A stretch of DNA of 64,000 nucleotides from Bdellovibrio sp. ZAP7 (lineage in GTDB: Bacteria > Bdellovibrionota > FAC87 > UBA2466), in contig CAMCTJ010000002.1 in assembly GCA_945878405.1 (NCBI GenBank), positions 3,099 through 67,098 of the forward strand. Direction: 5' to 3'. Shown here piece by piece: positions 28,832-39,448 of this stretch. The stretch's first letter is position 1. Every line of letters starts with the position of its first letter. Under the pieces are notes generated by a model. It had not been told where the DNA came from. It saw nothing but the letters and a program-made list of their open reading frames with translations, and made no database searches. The translations under genes and the position numbers were made by a program.

Positions 28832-30192
28832 TAGTTTCCTCCTTGATCAGAAACATCAATTCCATAAGCTTTTATCTTCTTGTGAAGATGGCTTCTTTCA
28901 ATTCCAATATGCTGAGCGGTCTTAGAAATGTTGCCACCATTCTCCGATAGCACTTTCAAAATAAACTGCTTCTCAAAACCGGCTTTAGCCTCTCGCAAAT
29001 TTTTATCCTCTGGGCCCGTTGCCTCTTCAGCTGTGGGTTCGGGATCGAAGTTTGCGATTTCGGACCAATTTAACACATCTCCTCCCGAAAGGATGCAAGC
29101 TCTCTCAACCCAATTTTTCAATTCTCTGATGTTCCCGGGCCAAGGGTAGGATTGCAGCACCGATAGCGCGTTCTTGGCCATTGGGAAGGGTTTTCCGGGA
29201 GAAAATCGTTTAATAAAATGTTCCACTAGAAGGGGGATGTCTTCTCTTCGTTCCCTCAAAGTAGGGACGGTGATCGGTATCACGTTGAGCCGATAGAAAA
29301 GGTCTTCTCGGAAGTGTCCCAGTTTAATTTCTCGTTTGAGGTCCTTATTAGTTGCGGCAACCACACGCAGATCTAGTTCGATTAAGTCCTGCCCCCCCAC
29401 TCGCTGAATCACACACTCTTCGAGGGCTCTGAGGATCTTAGACTGCATCTTAGACCCCATATCCCCGACTTCATCCAAGAACAAGGTACCGCCATTTGCG
29501 AGTTCGAATTTTCCGATCTTTCTTTCGTGAGCTCCCGTAAAACTTCCCTTTTCGTGGCCAAAAAGTTCGCTCTCAATCAATTCATCAGGAATGGCAGCAC
29601 AATTTACAGCAACGAACCTTTCCTTGGCCCTCGGGCTCTCTCGATGGAGAGTTTTTGCAATGAGCTCTTTTCCAGTCCCGTTCTCTCCCTGAATCACCAC
29701 CCACCCATTTGAAGGAGCCGTGATCTGAACTAACTGCTTAAGTCTGACCATGGGAAGACTGGTTCCGATGAGCTGTTCGTCCTCTTCTATCGCATCTCTT
29801 AAAATTTTATTTTCGCTCTTAAGCGCTTTCATTTCGAAAGCGTGCTCCAACATCACTAAAAGCTTATCAAAGTGGATTGGCTTTTCGATAAAATCAAAAG
29901 CGCCTAGTTTAATCGCTTTGACTGCAGTTTCCACAGTTCCATGGCCTGACATCATGATCACAATCTGTTCTGGCAGGGTTCGTTTTATCTTTTCTAAAAC
30001 TTGAAGGCCGTCATCTTCGGGCATCCAAATGTCCAAAAGCACAATATCAGGTTGAAACTTTTTAATTTTTAATAGTCCCTGGGAACCTGATTTCGTAGTT
30101 TCGACTACAAACTGCTCGTCTTCCAGAACGCCCTTCAGGGATTCGAGAATGTTTTCCTCATCGTCTATGACCAAGATCTTTTTTAGGACCAT
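28831..30192 (-). CDS. ntrX: sigma-54-interacting response regulator (NtrC/NtrX family)
   Basis: REC domain (ILVIDDEENI...DIVLLDIWMP). AAA+ Walker A GENGTGKE. GSFTGA (GAFTGA variant). C-terminal Fis-type HTH. It overlaps the upstream kinase gene. Confidence 0.8.
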   Translation of the reverse strand: MVLKKILVIDDEENILESLKGVLEDEQFVVETTKSGSQGLLKIKKFQPDIVLLDIWMPEDDGLQVLEKIKRTLPEQIVIMMSGHGTVETAVKAIKLGAFDFIEKPIHFDKLLVMLEHAFEMKALKSENKILRDAIEEDEQLIGTSLPMVRLKQLVQITAPSNGWVVIQGENGTGKELIAKTLHRESPRAKERFVAVNCAAIPDELIESELFGHEKGSFTGAHERKIGKFELANGGTLFLDEVGDMGSKMQSKILRALEECVIQRVGGQDLIELDLRVVAATNKDLKREIKLGHFREDLFYRLNVIPITVPTLRERREDIPLLVEHFIKRFSPGKPFPMAKNALSVLQSYPWPGNIRELKNWVERACILSGGDVLNWSEIANFDPEPTAEEATGPEDKNLREAKAGFEKQFILKVLSENGGNISKTAQHIGIERSHLHKKIKAYGIDVSDQGGN

Positions 30193-32396
30193 GCGGGCAA
30201 CTCCTCGGAAATGGAAAGCTTTAAACTTCTGGGGAACTCCAAGACCACTTTCGTTCCCTTGGGTTGATTAGCTAACATTCGAATCGTCCCACCATGATCA
30301 GTCACAATTCTTTGGACGATCACTAGGCCTAAACCCGTGCCTCCAGGTTTGGTCGAAAAATAAGGTTCAAAAAGTTGACCATGTACTTCAGCGATACCAC
30401 AGCCGCTATCGCAGACGGCAAGACTAATCACGTCGTGAGTGGCATTCTCTGTCGTGGAGAGGGTGATGGTTCCATGCCCCGACATGGCCGCAACCGCATT
30501 ATCAAACAGATTAATGAGCGCTCTTTTTACTTGGCTCTTATCTAGGCGAAGCTCCGGAAGGGAATCATCTAACTGAAGATCAAACTGAACGCCCTCATGA
30601 GCAGCTCGATAGAGATTGACTGTTTCAAGGACTATCGAGTTCAGATTTTCGGGACTTTGTCGGATTTCTGGCATTCTCGCGAAATCCGAAAATTCTCCTA
30701 CCAGGTTTTTCAAAGACTCCACTTCAGTCAGAACAATTTGAGTGCTTTTATCGAACGTTCCGTCGTCTTGGATTTTATCAAGATATCTTCTTCGGAGTCT
30801 TTGAACCGAAAGTTGGATGGGGGTAAGAGGGTTTTTGATCTCGTGTGCGATTCTCTTGGCTACTTCGCGCCAAGCCATCATGCGCTCCATTTTTTGAATC
30901 TCACTGACATTAGCAAAGACCGCAACCACTCCTAGGGGCTTTTTTAATTCGTCTCTTAAAACTGATAGGGTGACTAAAACGGCGATTCTTTCTTTGTTTC
31001 TATTTTGGATTTGAACTTCTCGTTTGACCGGCTTTGAGCTCTGATAAACGGATAATAACAATTCCCGATAATCAGTTTGTTGACTTCCGGGTATTAACTC
31101 CCAAAAAGGCTTTCCTAAAATCTCCTGAGAACCAATTCCCAAAAGCTCAGAAGCCGCTGGGTTGATCATGGTGATTTTTCCCGCTTCATCAATCGAGACA
31201 ACTCCGGAATCTACGCTTTCCAGAAGCACTTCGATGTATCTGCGTCTGTGGTTTGATTCCTCAGTCATTTGTCTCAGAGAGCGCTGAGACAACTCAATTT
31301 GTTGTTTGTTGTTTTTTAACTGAGTGACCATCTCGTTAAAAGAATTCACGAGCTGGGAAAGTTCATCCGATCCAGAGGCGCTCATCGCATAGTCCAAGTC
31401 ACCTTTGGCAACTGCGGTGGTTCCACGCGCCAAGCTTTCAATCGGACCGGTTAGTCGTCGAGCAACATAAAAGCCGGTCCATGAAGCAGTGAAAAGAATC
31501 AATAAAGTCACTACAGACAAAATAGTAAAGTAAGTCGATTTGATCGGATAATTCAGCGGATTATCTGTTTTGAAGTCTTGGTAAGTTACATTGATTTCAG
31601 AAAGCTGTGAAGCCAAACTCAGAGGAATAAAGTGGTTTGCAAAAATCACTCCCCGATTGGGCCCCAGGAAGGCGCTACACCGTACCAGCTCTCCCGTTCC
31701 GAGTCCTAAGACGCGGCACTGATTAGTACCCTTAAAACTTTCCATCAGAGTATCTTTAGCCACTGGTGGAATGAACTGTCGCTTTTCTTTTGAAGCAGAA
31801 ATAACCGGAGAGGAAATCGGGTCTGAGTAAAACTCCACAGCATCCAATCCATACTCAAGGCGGAAAGTTTCGAGTTTCTTCAAAACATTTTGGGGTTCTA
31901 GAGAATTATTTTGGATTTGAAGTGCAATTTTTTTTGCAAAGTGAGAAGCCGAGCTTTCGGTATTTTCGTAATAATTTTTTACGACATCGATACTTCTTTG
32001 AAGGGTTTCCCCGATTCTTAAATTGAACCATTTATCGAAACTACTTTTGATATAGAAAGCAGAAATCGAGAACAAAAGAACTGTTGGAATAATTGCAAAA
32101 AGAGTAAAGCAAAACACCAAGCGAGTTTTTAATCTAGAGCCGATTCGGCCTCGGCGTTCATCTAAAATAAGTTTTATTACGTTTCTGAAAACCAGGAAAA
32201 GCAACACCATGATGAGGACGATGTTGAGGTTCATGAGGCCAAAGAAGAAAATACTGTTCACAAACGGAAGTTTGGCGGAAAGACGAAAAAGATGGACCTC
32301 CACCGCAGTGAACGCCAAAACGAGGCAAAAAATAACAGCGCTGATAATACGCTCTCTTTGTCTGCGTTTAGATTCGGCTTTTTGCAGCTTGGACAT
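30183..32396 (-). CDS. ntrY: NtrY-like sensor histidine kinase (multi-TM, HAMP, PAS, HisKA, HATPase)
   Basis: N-terminal TM segments. HAMP after the second TM block. H-box AHEIKNPLTPIQLSVQRL, typical of NtrY. G-boxes DSGCGI and GGTGLGL. Confidence 0.8.
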   Translation of the reverse strand: MSKLQKAESKRRQRERIISAVIFCLVLAFTAVEVHLFRLSAKLPFVNSIFFFGLMNLNIVLIMVLLFLVFRNVIKLILDERRGRIGSRLKTRLVFCFTLFAIIPTVLLFSISAFYIKSSFDKWFNLRIGETLQRSIDVVKNYYENTESSASHFAKKIALQIQNNSLEPQNVLKKLETFRLEYGLDAVEFYSDPISSPVISASKEKRQFIPPVAKDTLMESFKGTNQCRVLGLGTGELVRCSAFLGPNRGVIFANHFIPLSLASQLSEINVTYQDFKTDNPLNYPIKSTYFTILSVVTLLILFTASWTGFYVARRLTGPIESLARGTTAVAKGDLDYAMSASGSDELSQLVNSFNEMVTQLKNNKQQIELSQRSLRQMTEESNHRRRYIEVLLESVDSGVVSIDEAGKITMINPAASELLGIGSQEILGKPFWELIPGSQQTDYRELLLSVYQSSKPVKREVQIQNRNKERIAVLVTLSVLRDELKKPLGVVAVFANVSEIQKMERMMAWREVAKRIAHEIKNPLTPIQLSVQRLRRRYLDKIQDDGTFDKSTQIVLTEVESLKNLVGEFSDFARMPEIRQSPENLNSIVLETVNLYRAAHEGVQFDLQLDDSLPELRLDKSQVKRALINLFDNAVAAMSGHGTITLSTTENATHDVISLAVCDSGCGIAEVHGQLFEPYFSTKPGGTGLGLVIVQRIVTDHGGTIRMLANQPKGTKVVLEFPRSLKLSISEELPAWS

Positions 32397-32499
32397 AGGG
32401 GCCCCACACTAGCCCGAAAGCCGCTCGGGGTCTAGATTTCCAAGGGAAATCTGCCCAAGACTAGCGCTTGGAAAACTTTTCAGTTAGATTAGCTGCGTC

Positions 32500-33642
32500 A
32501 TGAACCGAATTTATGCGGATTTTAATGCAACGACCCCCCTCAGTACGGTCGCCCAGAGCTGGATGGCCAGGGCATTTGAGTTTTGGGGAAATCCCTCTTC
32601 GAGTCATGCCCACGGAAGGCAAGCCAATGAAATCATTGAGGAAAGCAGGGATCTTATTGCTCGATCCTTGGGCGTTTCCTCATTTGAAGTCGTGTTCACT
32701 TCCGGGGGAAGCGAAGCCAACACCCTAGCGCTATTGGGCTCTTTTTTCCTTAAAAAGCCTCAGATGCGCCTTTTAACCACGACCGTTGAGCATTCGTCGA
32801 TTAGAGATACCGCAGGTTTTCTGCAGGATCAGGGTGTTCCAGTGGATTATTTGCAGGTTAAGCGCTCTGGTCTTTTCGATTTAGAGGTTTTTGAGCGGCA
32901 ATTAAATGAATTTCGTCCCACTCTGGTTTCGGTCATGGCTGCCAATAACGAAACAGGGGTCTTGTTCCCGTTAAAAGAAATGTTTGGGATTTGCCAGCAA
33001 CGGGGAATCATCCTCCATACGGACGCCGTTCAAGTTTTTGGTAAAGTTTCTCCTGAAGAATGGAATTTTTGCGATTTGATTTCAATTACCGCCCACAAAA
33101 TTTCGGGTCCCAAGGGTGCGGGAGCGCTTATTGTTCGAAGAGGAACACCACTCGTAGCGACTCACTATGGGGGAGCTCAAGAAATCAAACGACGGGGTGG
33201 AACCGAAAACGTGGTGGGAATTTTAGGGTTTGGGGGGGCTGCCTCAGATCTTCCCACCCCTGAGGAAATTAACAATGTCAGAATCCTAAGGGATACTTTC
33301 GAAAAAACACTGTTGGAAACCCTTTCCGGGGTCAGTCTTAATGGCGCCGATGTTACAAGAATCTCCAATACTTCCAGCATTCGATTTGAGGGAATTTCTT
33401 CTGAGGTCCTATTAGGGGCTTTGGATTTAGATAGCATCAGTGTTTCTGCTGGGTCCGCCTGTTCCTCGGGCTCTATCAGCCCGAGCCATGTTCTTTTGGC
33501 GATGGGGTTAAACAAACAGGAAGCTAAAGAGTCTCTGCGATTTTCCTGGGGAAAAACAACGACTCGCGAGGATGTCGACACTGTTCTTCGGGCTGTGATA
33601 AAGCACGTGACACGTATTCGAGATAGGAAGCGGAAAGTATGA
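32500..33642 (+). CDS. class V aminotransferase-fold cysteine desulfurase (NifS/IscS family)
   Basis: PLP-lysine context SITAHKISGPKGAGAL. Catalytic Cys loop SAGSACSSG. Confidence 0.9.
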   Translation: MNRIYADFNATTPLSTVAQSWMARAFEFWGNPSSSHAHGRQANEIIEESRDLIARSLGVSSFEVVFTSGGSEANTLALLGSFFLKKPQMRLLTTTVEHSSIRDTAGFLQDQGVPVDYLQVKRSGLFDLEVFERQLNEFRPTLVSVMAANNETGVLFPLKEMFGICQQRGIILHTDAVQVFGKVSPEEWNFCDLISITAHKISGPKGAGALIVRRGTPLVATHYGGAQEIKRRGGTENVVGILGFGGAASDLPTPEEINNVRILRDTFEKTLLETLSGVSLNGADVTRISNTSSIRFEGISSEVLLGALDLDSISVSAGSACSSGSISPSHVLLAMGLNKQEAKESLRFSWGKTTTREDVDTVLRAVIKHVTRIRDRKRKV

Positions 33643-34760
33643 CGAATTTAATTCCCAATTTTGTTCCTGAAAAACCTTCCCGCATCGTAGTAGCGATGAG
33701 TGGGGGAGTGGACAGTTCCGTCACAGCTGGTTGGTTGAAGGAACAGGGGCATGAAGTGATTGGAATTTCACTCCAGCTTCATGACATGGCTGAAAAAATT
33801 GAAAACGAATTTGGAACCTGTTGTTCGTTAAGTGACATCATGGATGCCCGCAGGGTGGCTGAGAAACTACAGATTCCTTTTTATGTAAACAACATGGAAG
33901 AAGAGTTTCGACAAGCCGTCGTAGATGACTTCATTCAGGAGTATCTGAACGGCCGAACGCCCAACCCCTGCATTCGATGTAACGAGAAAGTTAAATTCCG
34001 ACAATTGATGGATTGGGCCCTTGATTTGGGAGCGGATTATTTAGCGACTGGACATTACGCAACTGTGCTCCCTAATCAGGAAAACCATCAGATGGAGCTC
34101 TTTAAAGGAGGAGATGCTGATAAAGATCAGTCCTACTTTTTGTTTGCTATGAAGCAAGAAGATCTTGCTCGAACTTTGTTTCCGATTGGTAACTTTGAGA
34201 AAAAAGTAGTTCGCGATTTGGCCGTGAAGTATGGGCTTCTCGTTGCGAATAAACCCGATAGCCAGGAAATTTGTTTTGTGCAGGCCAAAAGTTACAAAGA
34301 GTTTATTGAAGAAGAAGTGCCTAAAGAACTTCTGAAGCCGGGCAATATTGTCGATCCGGAAGGTCGAGTTTTGGGAGAACACACAGGCCTTCATCAATTC
34401 ACTATTGGCCAGCGAAAGGGGCTTGGAGTTTTTGGCAAAGAGCCTCTCTTTGTTTTGGCCCTGAGAGGAAAAACCAATGAAGTCGTGGTGGGTCCTGAAC
34501 AGAATCTATTTCGAAAATCAGCGACGGTTTCTACCCTCAATTGGATTAACGAGCCCCTGACACAGACCCGAAAGGTTTGTGCAAAGATTCGGTATCGAGC
34601 TAAAGAAAGCCCAGTGGAAGTAGTGCCCCGCGCGGATGGAAAACTAGATGTTCGTTTTGAAATTCCTCAACGAGCAATTACTCCTGGACAAGCGATGGTT
34701 TTTTACGAAGGTGAAAAGGTTTTAGGGGGAGGCTGGATCGAAGATTTGTCCATCCAGTAA
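33639..34760 (+). CDS. mnmA: tRNA-specific 2-thiouridylase
   Basis: PP-loop VAMSGGVDSSV, NPCIRCN, and DQSYFL. Confidence 0.95.
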   Translation: MTNLIPNFVPEKPSRIVVAMSGGVDSSVTAGWLKEQGHEVIGISLQLHDMAEKIENEFGTCCSLSDIMDARRVAEKLQIPFYVNNMEEEFRQAVVDDFIQEYLNGRTPNPCIRCNEKVKFRQLMDWALDLGADYLATGHYATVLPNQENHQMELFKGGDADKDQSYFLFAMKQEDLARTLFPIGNFEKKVVRDLAVKYGLLVANKPDSQEICFVQAKSYKEFIEEEVPKELLKPGNIVDPEGRVLGEHTGLHQFTIGQRKGLGVFGKEPLFVLALRGKTNEVVVGPEQNLFRKSATVSTLNWINEPLTQTRKVCAKIRYRAKESPVEVVPRADGKLDVRFEIPQRAITPGQAMVFYEGEKVLGGGWIEDLSIQ

Positions 34761-34762
34761 CT

Positions 34763-36070
34763 ATGCGAATCGCGTTTAAGACATTTGGTTGTAGAGCAAA
34801 TAGTAACGATACGGATGCTCTTTATTTGGAGGCGATTCGCCGAGGATTTATCCCGGTATCGGAAACCGATCCTGCTGATGCCTACGTGATCAACACGTGC
34901 ACTGTAACTGAAAACGCTGATCGAGATGCGCGCCATCAGGCGAATCGATTTAAGAGACAAAATCAAGGGGGGCTGGTAGCTCTCGTCGGATGCTACGCCC
35001 AAGTAGGCAGGGAAGAGTTGTTAAAACTTCCTGAGGTCGATTTCTTAGTGGGGACTGCCAATAAATTTAAGACCCTCGATTACTTTGAAGAGGCTTTCCG
35101 AACGGGAAAAATAGAAAAAGACCAAGTGGAGTTGGCAAAGGGCTTTTTGCCAGAACATTTTCCAGGTTCTCGCAATGCCAGAGCTACGATAAAGATTCAG
35201 GATGGATGTAATTACAAGTGCAGTTTTTGTATTATTCCCGAAGCAAGAGGAAGAAGCCGAAGCTTGCCTCTGGAAACTGTTTTGAGACAAGTCGAATCAG
35301 CCCATGCGCAAGGGTTTCAGGAGATCGTTTTAACAGGGATTCACTTGGCCCATTACGGGTGGGATCAAAACACAGATCTCGCAAAGCTTTTGCAGTCGAT
35401 TTTCCAGATTAAGAATGGTCCTCGGGTAAGAGTCAGTACACTCGATCCCTTTGAGATCCCTGACAACCTGATAGCCCTACTAAAAGATGAACCACGATTG
35501 TGTCCCCATTTCCATATTGCACTTCAGAGTGGAAATGATGAGGTGCTTCGAAAAATGCGGCGACTCTACAAGGCGCACGAATTCTCCGATGTTACTGCGA
35601 AGCTGAAAGAGGCTCACCCTGACACTTTTATTGGTGTCGATGTCATTGTTGGTTTTCCGGGAGAAGGTGAAAAAGAATTTGAGGATACGGTAAAGCTTCT
35701 CGAGAAGTCATATTGGACAAAGCTCCATGTATTTTCTTTTTCTGCTCGTCGCGGGACTGTAGCGGCAGATTTAAAGCCAGAGGTTCCAGAACCAGTCATT
35801 GCTGAGCGATCGAAGACCCTCAGAGCTTTGAGTGATCGGCGCTATGAGGAGTTCTTAAAATCCCAAATAGGAAAAGAAAAATCAGTGATTTTTGAAAAAC
35901 TCAGCAAAGGCAGTGAAGATGTGTGGCAGGGACACACCGAAAATTACATTCCCACCCTCACTGTGTCGACTGAGGCGAAATCCAAAATGGTTAAGAAATT
36001 GAAACTAGTAAAGGTGGAGGGGGAAAAGATGTGGACGGCTCCCTCACTTGGAGGAAACACCGTCCACTAA
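34763..36070 (+). CDS. mtaB: radical-SAM methylthiotransferase, MiaB/MtaB family
   Basis: N-terminal UPF0004 domain (FKTFGCRANSNDT...INTCTVT). Radical-SAM motif CNYKCSFCIIP. 435 aa. Confidence 0.8.
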   Translation: MRIAFKTFGCRANSNDTDALYLEAIRRGFIPVSETDPADAYVINTCTVTENADRDARHQANRFKRQNQGGLVALVGCYAQVGREELLKLPEVDFLVGTANKFKTLDYFEEAFRTGKIEKDQVELAKGFLPEHFPGSRNARATIKIQDGCNYKCSFCIIPEARGRSRSLPLETVLRQVESAHAQGFQEIVLTGIHLAHYGWDQNTDLAKLLQSIFQIKNGPRVRVSTLDPFEIPDNLIALLKDEPRLCPHFHIALQSGNDEVLRKMRRLYKAHEFSDVTAKLKEAHPDTFIGVDVIVGFPGEGEKEFEDTVKLLEKSYWTKLHVFSFSARRGTVAADLKPEVPEPVIAERSKTLRALSDRRYEEFLKSQIGKEKSVIFEKLSKGSEDVWQGHTENYIPTLTVSTEAKSKMVKKLKLVKVEGEKMWTAPSLGGNTVH

Positions 36071-36077
36071 GAGTCTT

Positions 36078-36674
36078 TTAGTTTTTTGCAGCAGCTGGTT
36101 TTTCTTTAAGTTCTGCCGCCACTTCGATTTCTACCGTATCTCCGACAACCATTCCGCCGCCATCGAGTTGTTTATTCCAAGTAAGGCCGTACTCTTTTCG
36201 GTTCAGGGTCGTGGTTCCAGAAAACCCTCTACGAATGCCGCCCCAGGGATCTTTTACAGTGGGAGTAATTTCTACATCGTTAAGACTGACTGACTTAGTA
36301 ACCCCCTTCATGGTGAGCTCGCCATCCATTTTATATTTGCCCGCTTTGCCCTTTGTTACCTTCTTAATGGTGTAGGTGATAGAGGGGTTTTTAGCGACAT
36401 CAAAGAAATCCTCTCCCTTTAAATGGGCATCTCGCTTTTCATTGGCCGTGTTAACGGTACTGACATCTAAAGTAACTGTTCCAGTGGTTTTAGTGGGATC
36501 CTTTTCATCCATTTCAAGAGAGCCTTTAGCCCCAGTGATTTGTCCGTAGACATTGGAGACCATCAAGTGGCGAATTTTGAATTTAGCCGTTGTGTGGGCA
36601 TCATCAATATCCCAAGTGGCCGATACTGCGGGGAGCGTAGCCACAAGCAGCATGGCTAAAAAAATAGATTTCAT
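36078..36674 (-). CDS. YceI-family periplasmic protein
   Basis: Signal peptide, then WDIDDAHTTAKFKIRHLMVSNVYGQ, typical of YceI. I prefer the ATG at 36674, which has AGGAGA 7 nt upstream, over the ORF-track start at 36710. Confidence 0.8.
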   Translation of the reverse strand: MKSIFLAMLLVATLPAVSATWDIDDAHTTAKFKIRHLMVSNVYGQITGAKGSLEMDEKDPTKTTGTVTLDVSTVNTANEKRDAHLKGEDFFDVAKNPSITYTIKKVTKGKAGKYKMDGELTMKGVTKSVSLNDVEITPTVKDPWGGIRRGFSGTTTLNRKEYGLTWNKQLDGGGMVVGDTVEIEVAAELKEKPAAAKN

Positions 36675-36803
36675 TTGGATTCTCCTAGTTTTTAAAAAAT
36701 GATTAATCAAACAACAGGAAGTTGATTTTAGGGGGTTGCTTTGGTTTTTTCACCCCGCTGAGCGTCAGTGGTGTATGCTTTACTCGATTTTTGTTAACTT
36801 CTT

Positions 36804-38693
36804 ATGATTCGTCACCTGATTATTGCTTTATGTCTGTTAGGGAACCTGCTCTTCGCATTTTCAGAAGAGCAATTAACGAGCGTCTCACAGTCCAGGCAAT
36901 GGCACCGGCTTCTGCATTACAAAAGAGCACTTCCTTCCTTAAACATGAGGAGCGAAGTAGATGGGCCTGGTTTCTTCTTTTCTCCAAATGGAAAAACCGA
37001 TCCCTTAGCTGAGTTAAAGGCAAGTTTAGAGGCCTACGATCAAAATATCGAGGTCGGAAAACTAAAGCTTCACCCGCAATGTGCTTTCCCCGCGCGTTTT
37101 CAATTTCTTCAAAAGGCCTTTAAATTAAAAGCCTCGAAGATAAAGTGCGAAAAATTTGAAGAGGTTTTAGAAGCTGCCAAACCCAACTCGGTCACGCTTG
37201 TTTTTTCAAGTGCCTATCCCAATAATCCAGCTTCCATGTTTGGCCATACTTTTTTGAGGCTGAACCGCAAACACACCTCCGGTGAAAAGAAATACGACAT
37301 GTTAGATTACGGAGTGAGTTTTGCTGCTGCCGTCGCACAGGACGAAAACCCGCTTGCCTTTATCGCTTTTGGACTGACCGGCGGCTACAAGGGCCAGTTC
37401 TCCTATGTTCCCTATTATGTGAAGGTGAATGAATATAACAATTCTGAAAGTCGCGATGTTTGGGAATATGATTTATCCCTAACCCCCGAAGAAACCCGGT
37501 TTCTTTTGGCCCACGTTTGGGAAGTGGAGACCAACAGTCACTTCGATTATTACTTTTTTGATGAAAATTGTTCTTATCAGATGCTGACGGCTATTGAAGC
37601 CGCCAAACCAGATTGGGATCTTTCAAACTTTTCTGTTTCAGTTATCCCGAGTGAAACCATTAAAAAAATCGTCTCTATTCCTGGAGCGGTAACGGGAATT
37701 CGTTATCGACCCTCGTTGCGGCAGAAAATGGTCGAGAAAATTGAGGGCCTCTCAGGAACTCAAAAAACTAAACTGAAAGCGGTTCTAGAAAAACAAACTA
37801 CGGCAAAAGAAATTCAGGATCCTTTTGTTCTGGATGCCGCGATAGCTTCTCTTTTTTATGAGAAAAACGAGCAAGAGGCGGTTTGGGAAGCTTCAAAAAA
37901 AGAGCTTCAAACGGGTCTTCTCTTACAAAGAAGTAAGCTGGGGAAAACAGCTGGGCCGGAAACCGAATTGAAACACGAAGAGAGTCGGCCAGATCTTGGC
38001 CACTATGCCTTCCGAATGAGTTTTTCCCCGGGATACCTAACTTCTGATGCTCTTCGGGGCGGGTTTCAAGAATTCGGAATTAAATCGGCTTATCATGATC
38101 TGTTGAATAAGGATCTCGGTTTTCTTCGGTTTTCTCAAATCGATTTTCCTCAAGTTTATTTCCGCTATTTTCCTCGCCAAAAAAACTTCCAACTTGAGAA
38201 TCTTGAATTGCTTCATATTACGTCCTTGTTTCCATTAAGTGTTTTTGAGAAGAGGCCGTCTTGGAAATTGCAGATAGCCTACGGGAACGCCCGAGTATCG
38301 GACTGTTTATTTTGTAAAAGTTTTCAGCTTCGAGGAGGACTGGGCGCCAGTGCGAATCTCCTTAACGAGCAAAGTATTTTATATGCTCTGATACTGGCCC
38401 GATTAGAATTGGGAACAGCTTTCTCGAGCGGTTATCGTGTGGGACCAGAAGCTCAGATTGCTGCGATTTTTAATCCGATGGATGACTATAAAACCCGATT
38501 GGCTTTGGGTTTAATCTGGGACCTTGCACCCAAGCGCTCAAACCCCTGGCTATATCAAATAGACTGGGAGCACGCGTTAAGCCTCAATCAGTCTTGGGAG
38601 ATCCGTGCTGCTCTTGGTTTTTCTGGAGCTGCCTCGCAGCAATGGAAAAGTACGATGCAAGAGGGAAAACTAAGTCTGAATTATTACTTCTGA
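36804..38693 (+). CDS. DUF4105 (Lnb N-terminal-like) domain protein with a large C-terminal extension
   Basis: Signal peptide. TLVFSSAYPNNPASMFGHTFLRL is the hallmark GHTxLR block of DUF4105. The C-terminal part ends ...LSLNYYF (OMP-like). Confidence 0.7.
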   Translation: MIRHLIIALCLLGNLLFAFSEEQLTSVSQSRQWHRLLHYKRALPSLNMRSEVDGPGFFFSPNGKTDPLAELKASLEAYDQNIEVGKLKLHPQCAFPARFQFLQKAFKLKASKIKCEKFEEVLEAAKPNSVTLVFSSAYPNNPASMFGHTFLRLNRKHTSGEKKYDMLDYGVSFAAAVAQDENPLAFIAFGLTGGYKGQFSYVPYYVKVNEYNNSESRDVWEYDLSLTPEETRFLLAHVWEVETNSHFDYYFFDENCSYQMLTAIEAAKPDWDLSNFSVSVIPSETIKKIVSIPGAVTGIRYRPSLRQKMVEKIEGLSGTQKTKLKAVLEKQTTAKEIQDPFVLDAAIASLFYEKNEQEAVWEASKKELQTGLLLQRSKLGKTAGPETELKHEESRPDLGHYAFRMSFSPGYLTSDALRGGFQEFGIKSAYHDLLNKDLGFLRFSQIDFPQVYFRYFPRQKNFQLENLELLHITSLFPLSVFEKRPSWKLQIAYGNARVSDCLFCKSFQLRGGLGASANLLNEQSILYALILARLELGTAFSSGYRVGPEAQIAAIFNPMDDYKTRLALGLIWDLAPKRSNPWLYQIDWEHALSLNQSWEIRAALGFSGAASQQWKSTMQEGKLSLNYYF

Positions 38694-38760
38694 TGCTTTG
38701 TTAAAACCATTACAATAAGGGTCTACCGTTCATTTAAACCCTCAATCAATCGGAGAAATC

Positions 38761-39306
38761 ATGAGAAAGCTATTTAGCTCATTAGTAGTACTAGTGCTTG
38801 TTCCCGGCCTTTCCTTTGCTGGAACTGGCAAAGGCCAAATGAACAATTCAAGTTCACGAGAAATGAATGCTCTCAGCAATCAAGCAAACCCAAGCGGAAC
38901 TGATGGTTGCGGTTTGGGATGGCAAGTAACTCAGAAAAAAACAATGCTGGGAACCACTATCCGTGGCACCACGAACGCAGTTGTTCCCCCTACCTTTGGA
39001 ATGACATCCGGAACCATGGGGTGCGATAAACATGAGATCGCGAAAAATGACATGGATGCTGCCAAATTTGCTTTTAACAATCAAGAGCCCCTTTCGATTG
39101 AAATGGCTCAAGGTGAAGGCGAATACTTAGCAGGTTTTGCAAAAACTTTAGGTTGTGAAGATTCCGCACAAGGAACCTTTGCAAAAATGACCCAGGAAAA
39201 TTACGAATCCATCGTCAAGGAAGACCAATCAGCATTGAGTCTTCTTAAAAACGTGAAAGCTCAGATCAGACAGCACCCCGTGCTTTCTGAAAGCTGCCGA
39301 GCTTAA
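38761..39306 (+). CDS. DUF3015-like secreted protein
   Basis: Signal peptide. GCGLGW...TTNAVV..TFGMTSGTMGC is the pattern I associate with DUF3015. Confidence 0.55.
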   Translation: MRKLFSSLVVLVLVPGLSFAGTGKGQMNNSSSREMNALSNQANPSGTDGCGLGWQVTQKKTMLGTTIRGTTNAVVPPTFGMTSGTMGCDKHEIAKNDMDAAKFAFNNQEPLSIEMAQGEGEYLAGFAKTLGCEDSAQGTFAKMTQENYESIVKEDQSALSLLKNVKAQIRQHPVLSESCRA

Positions 39307-39326
39307 TTAGTATCTGCTATCGAGGG

Positions 39327-39363
39327 GTGGGAAAAAGACCGTTCTTTTTCCCACTCTTTTTTT
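39327..39363 (+). terminator. rho-independent terminator
   Basis: Perfect 12-bp stem GTGGGAAAAAGA / TCTTTTTCCCAC with loop CCGT, followed by TCTTTTTTT, about 20 nt after the stop at 39306. Confidence 0.85.
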
Positions 39364-39448
39364 GCCCAGATTTTGAAAAAATCTCCTCATTTGGCTCAAA
39401 TTAGCCCCGTACTCTTTCGTTAGTATCAGGGTTCACGGGGAGAAAAAA

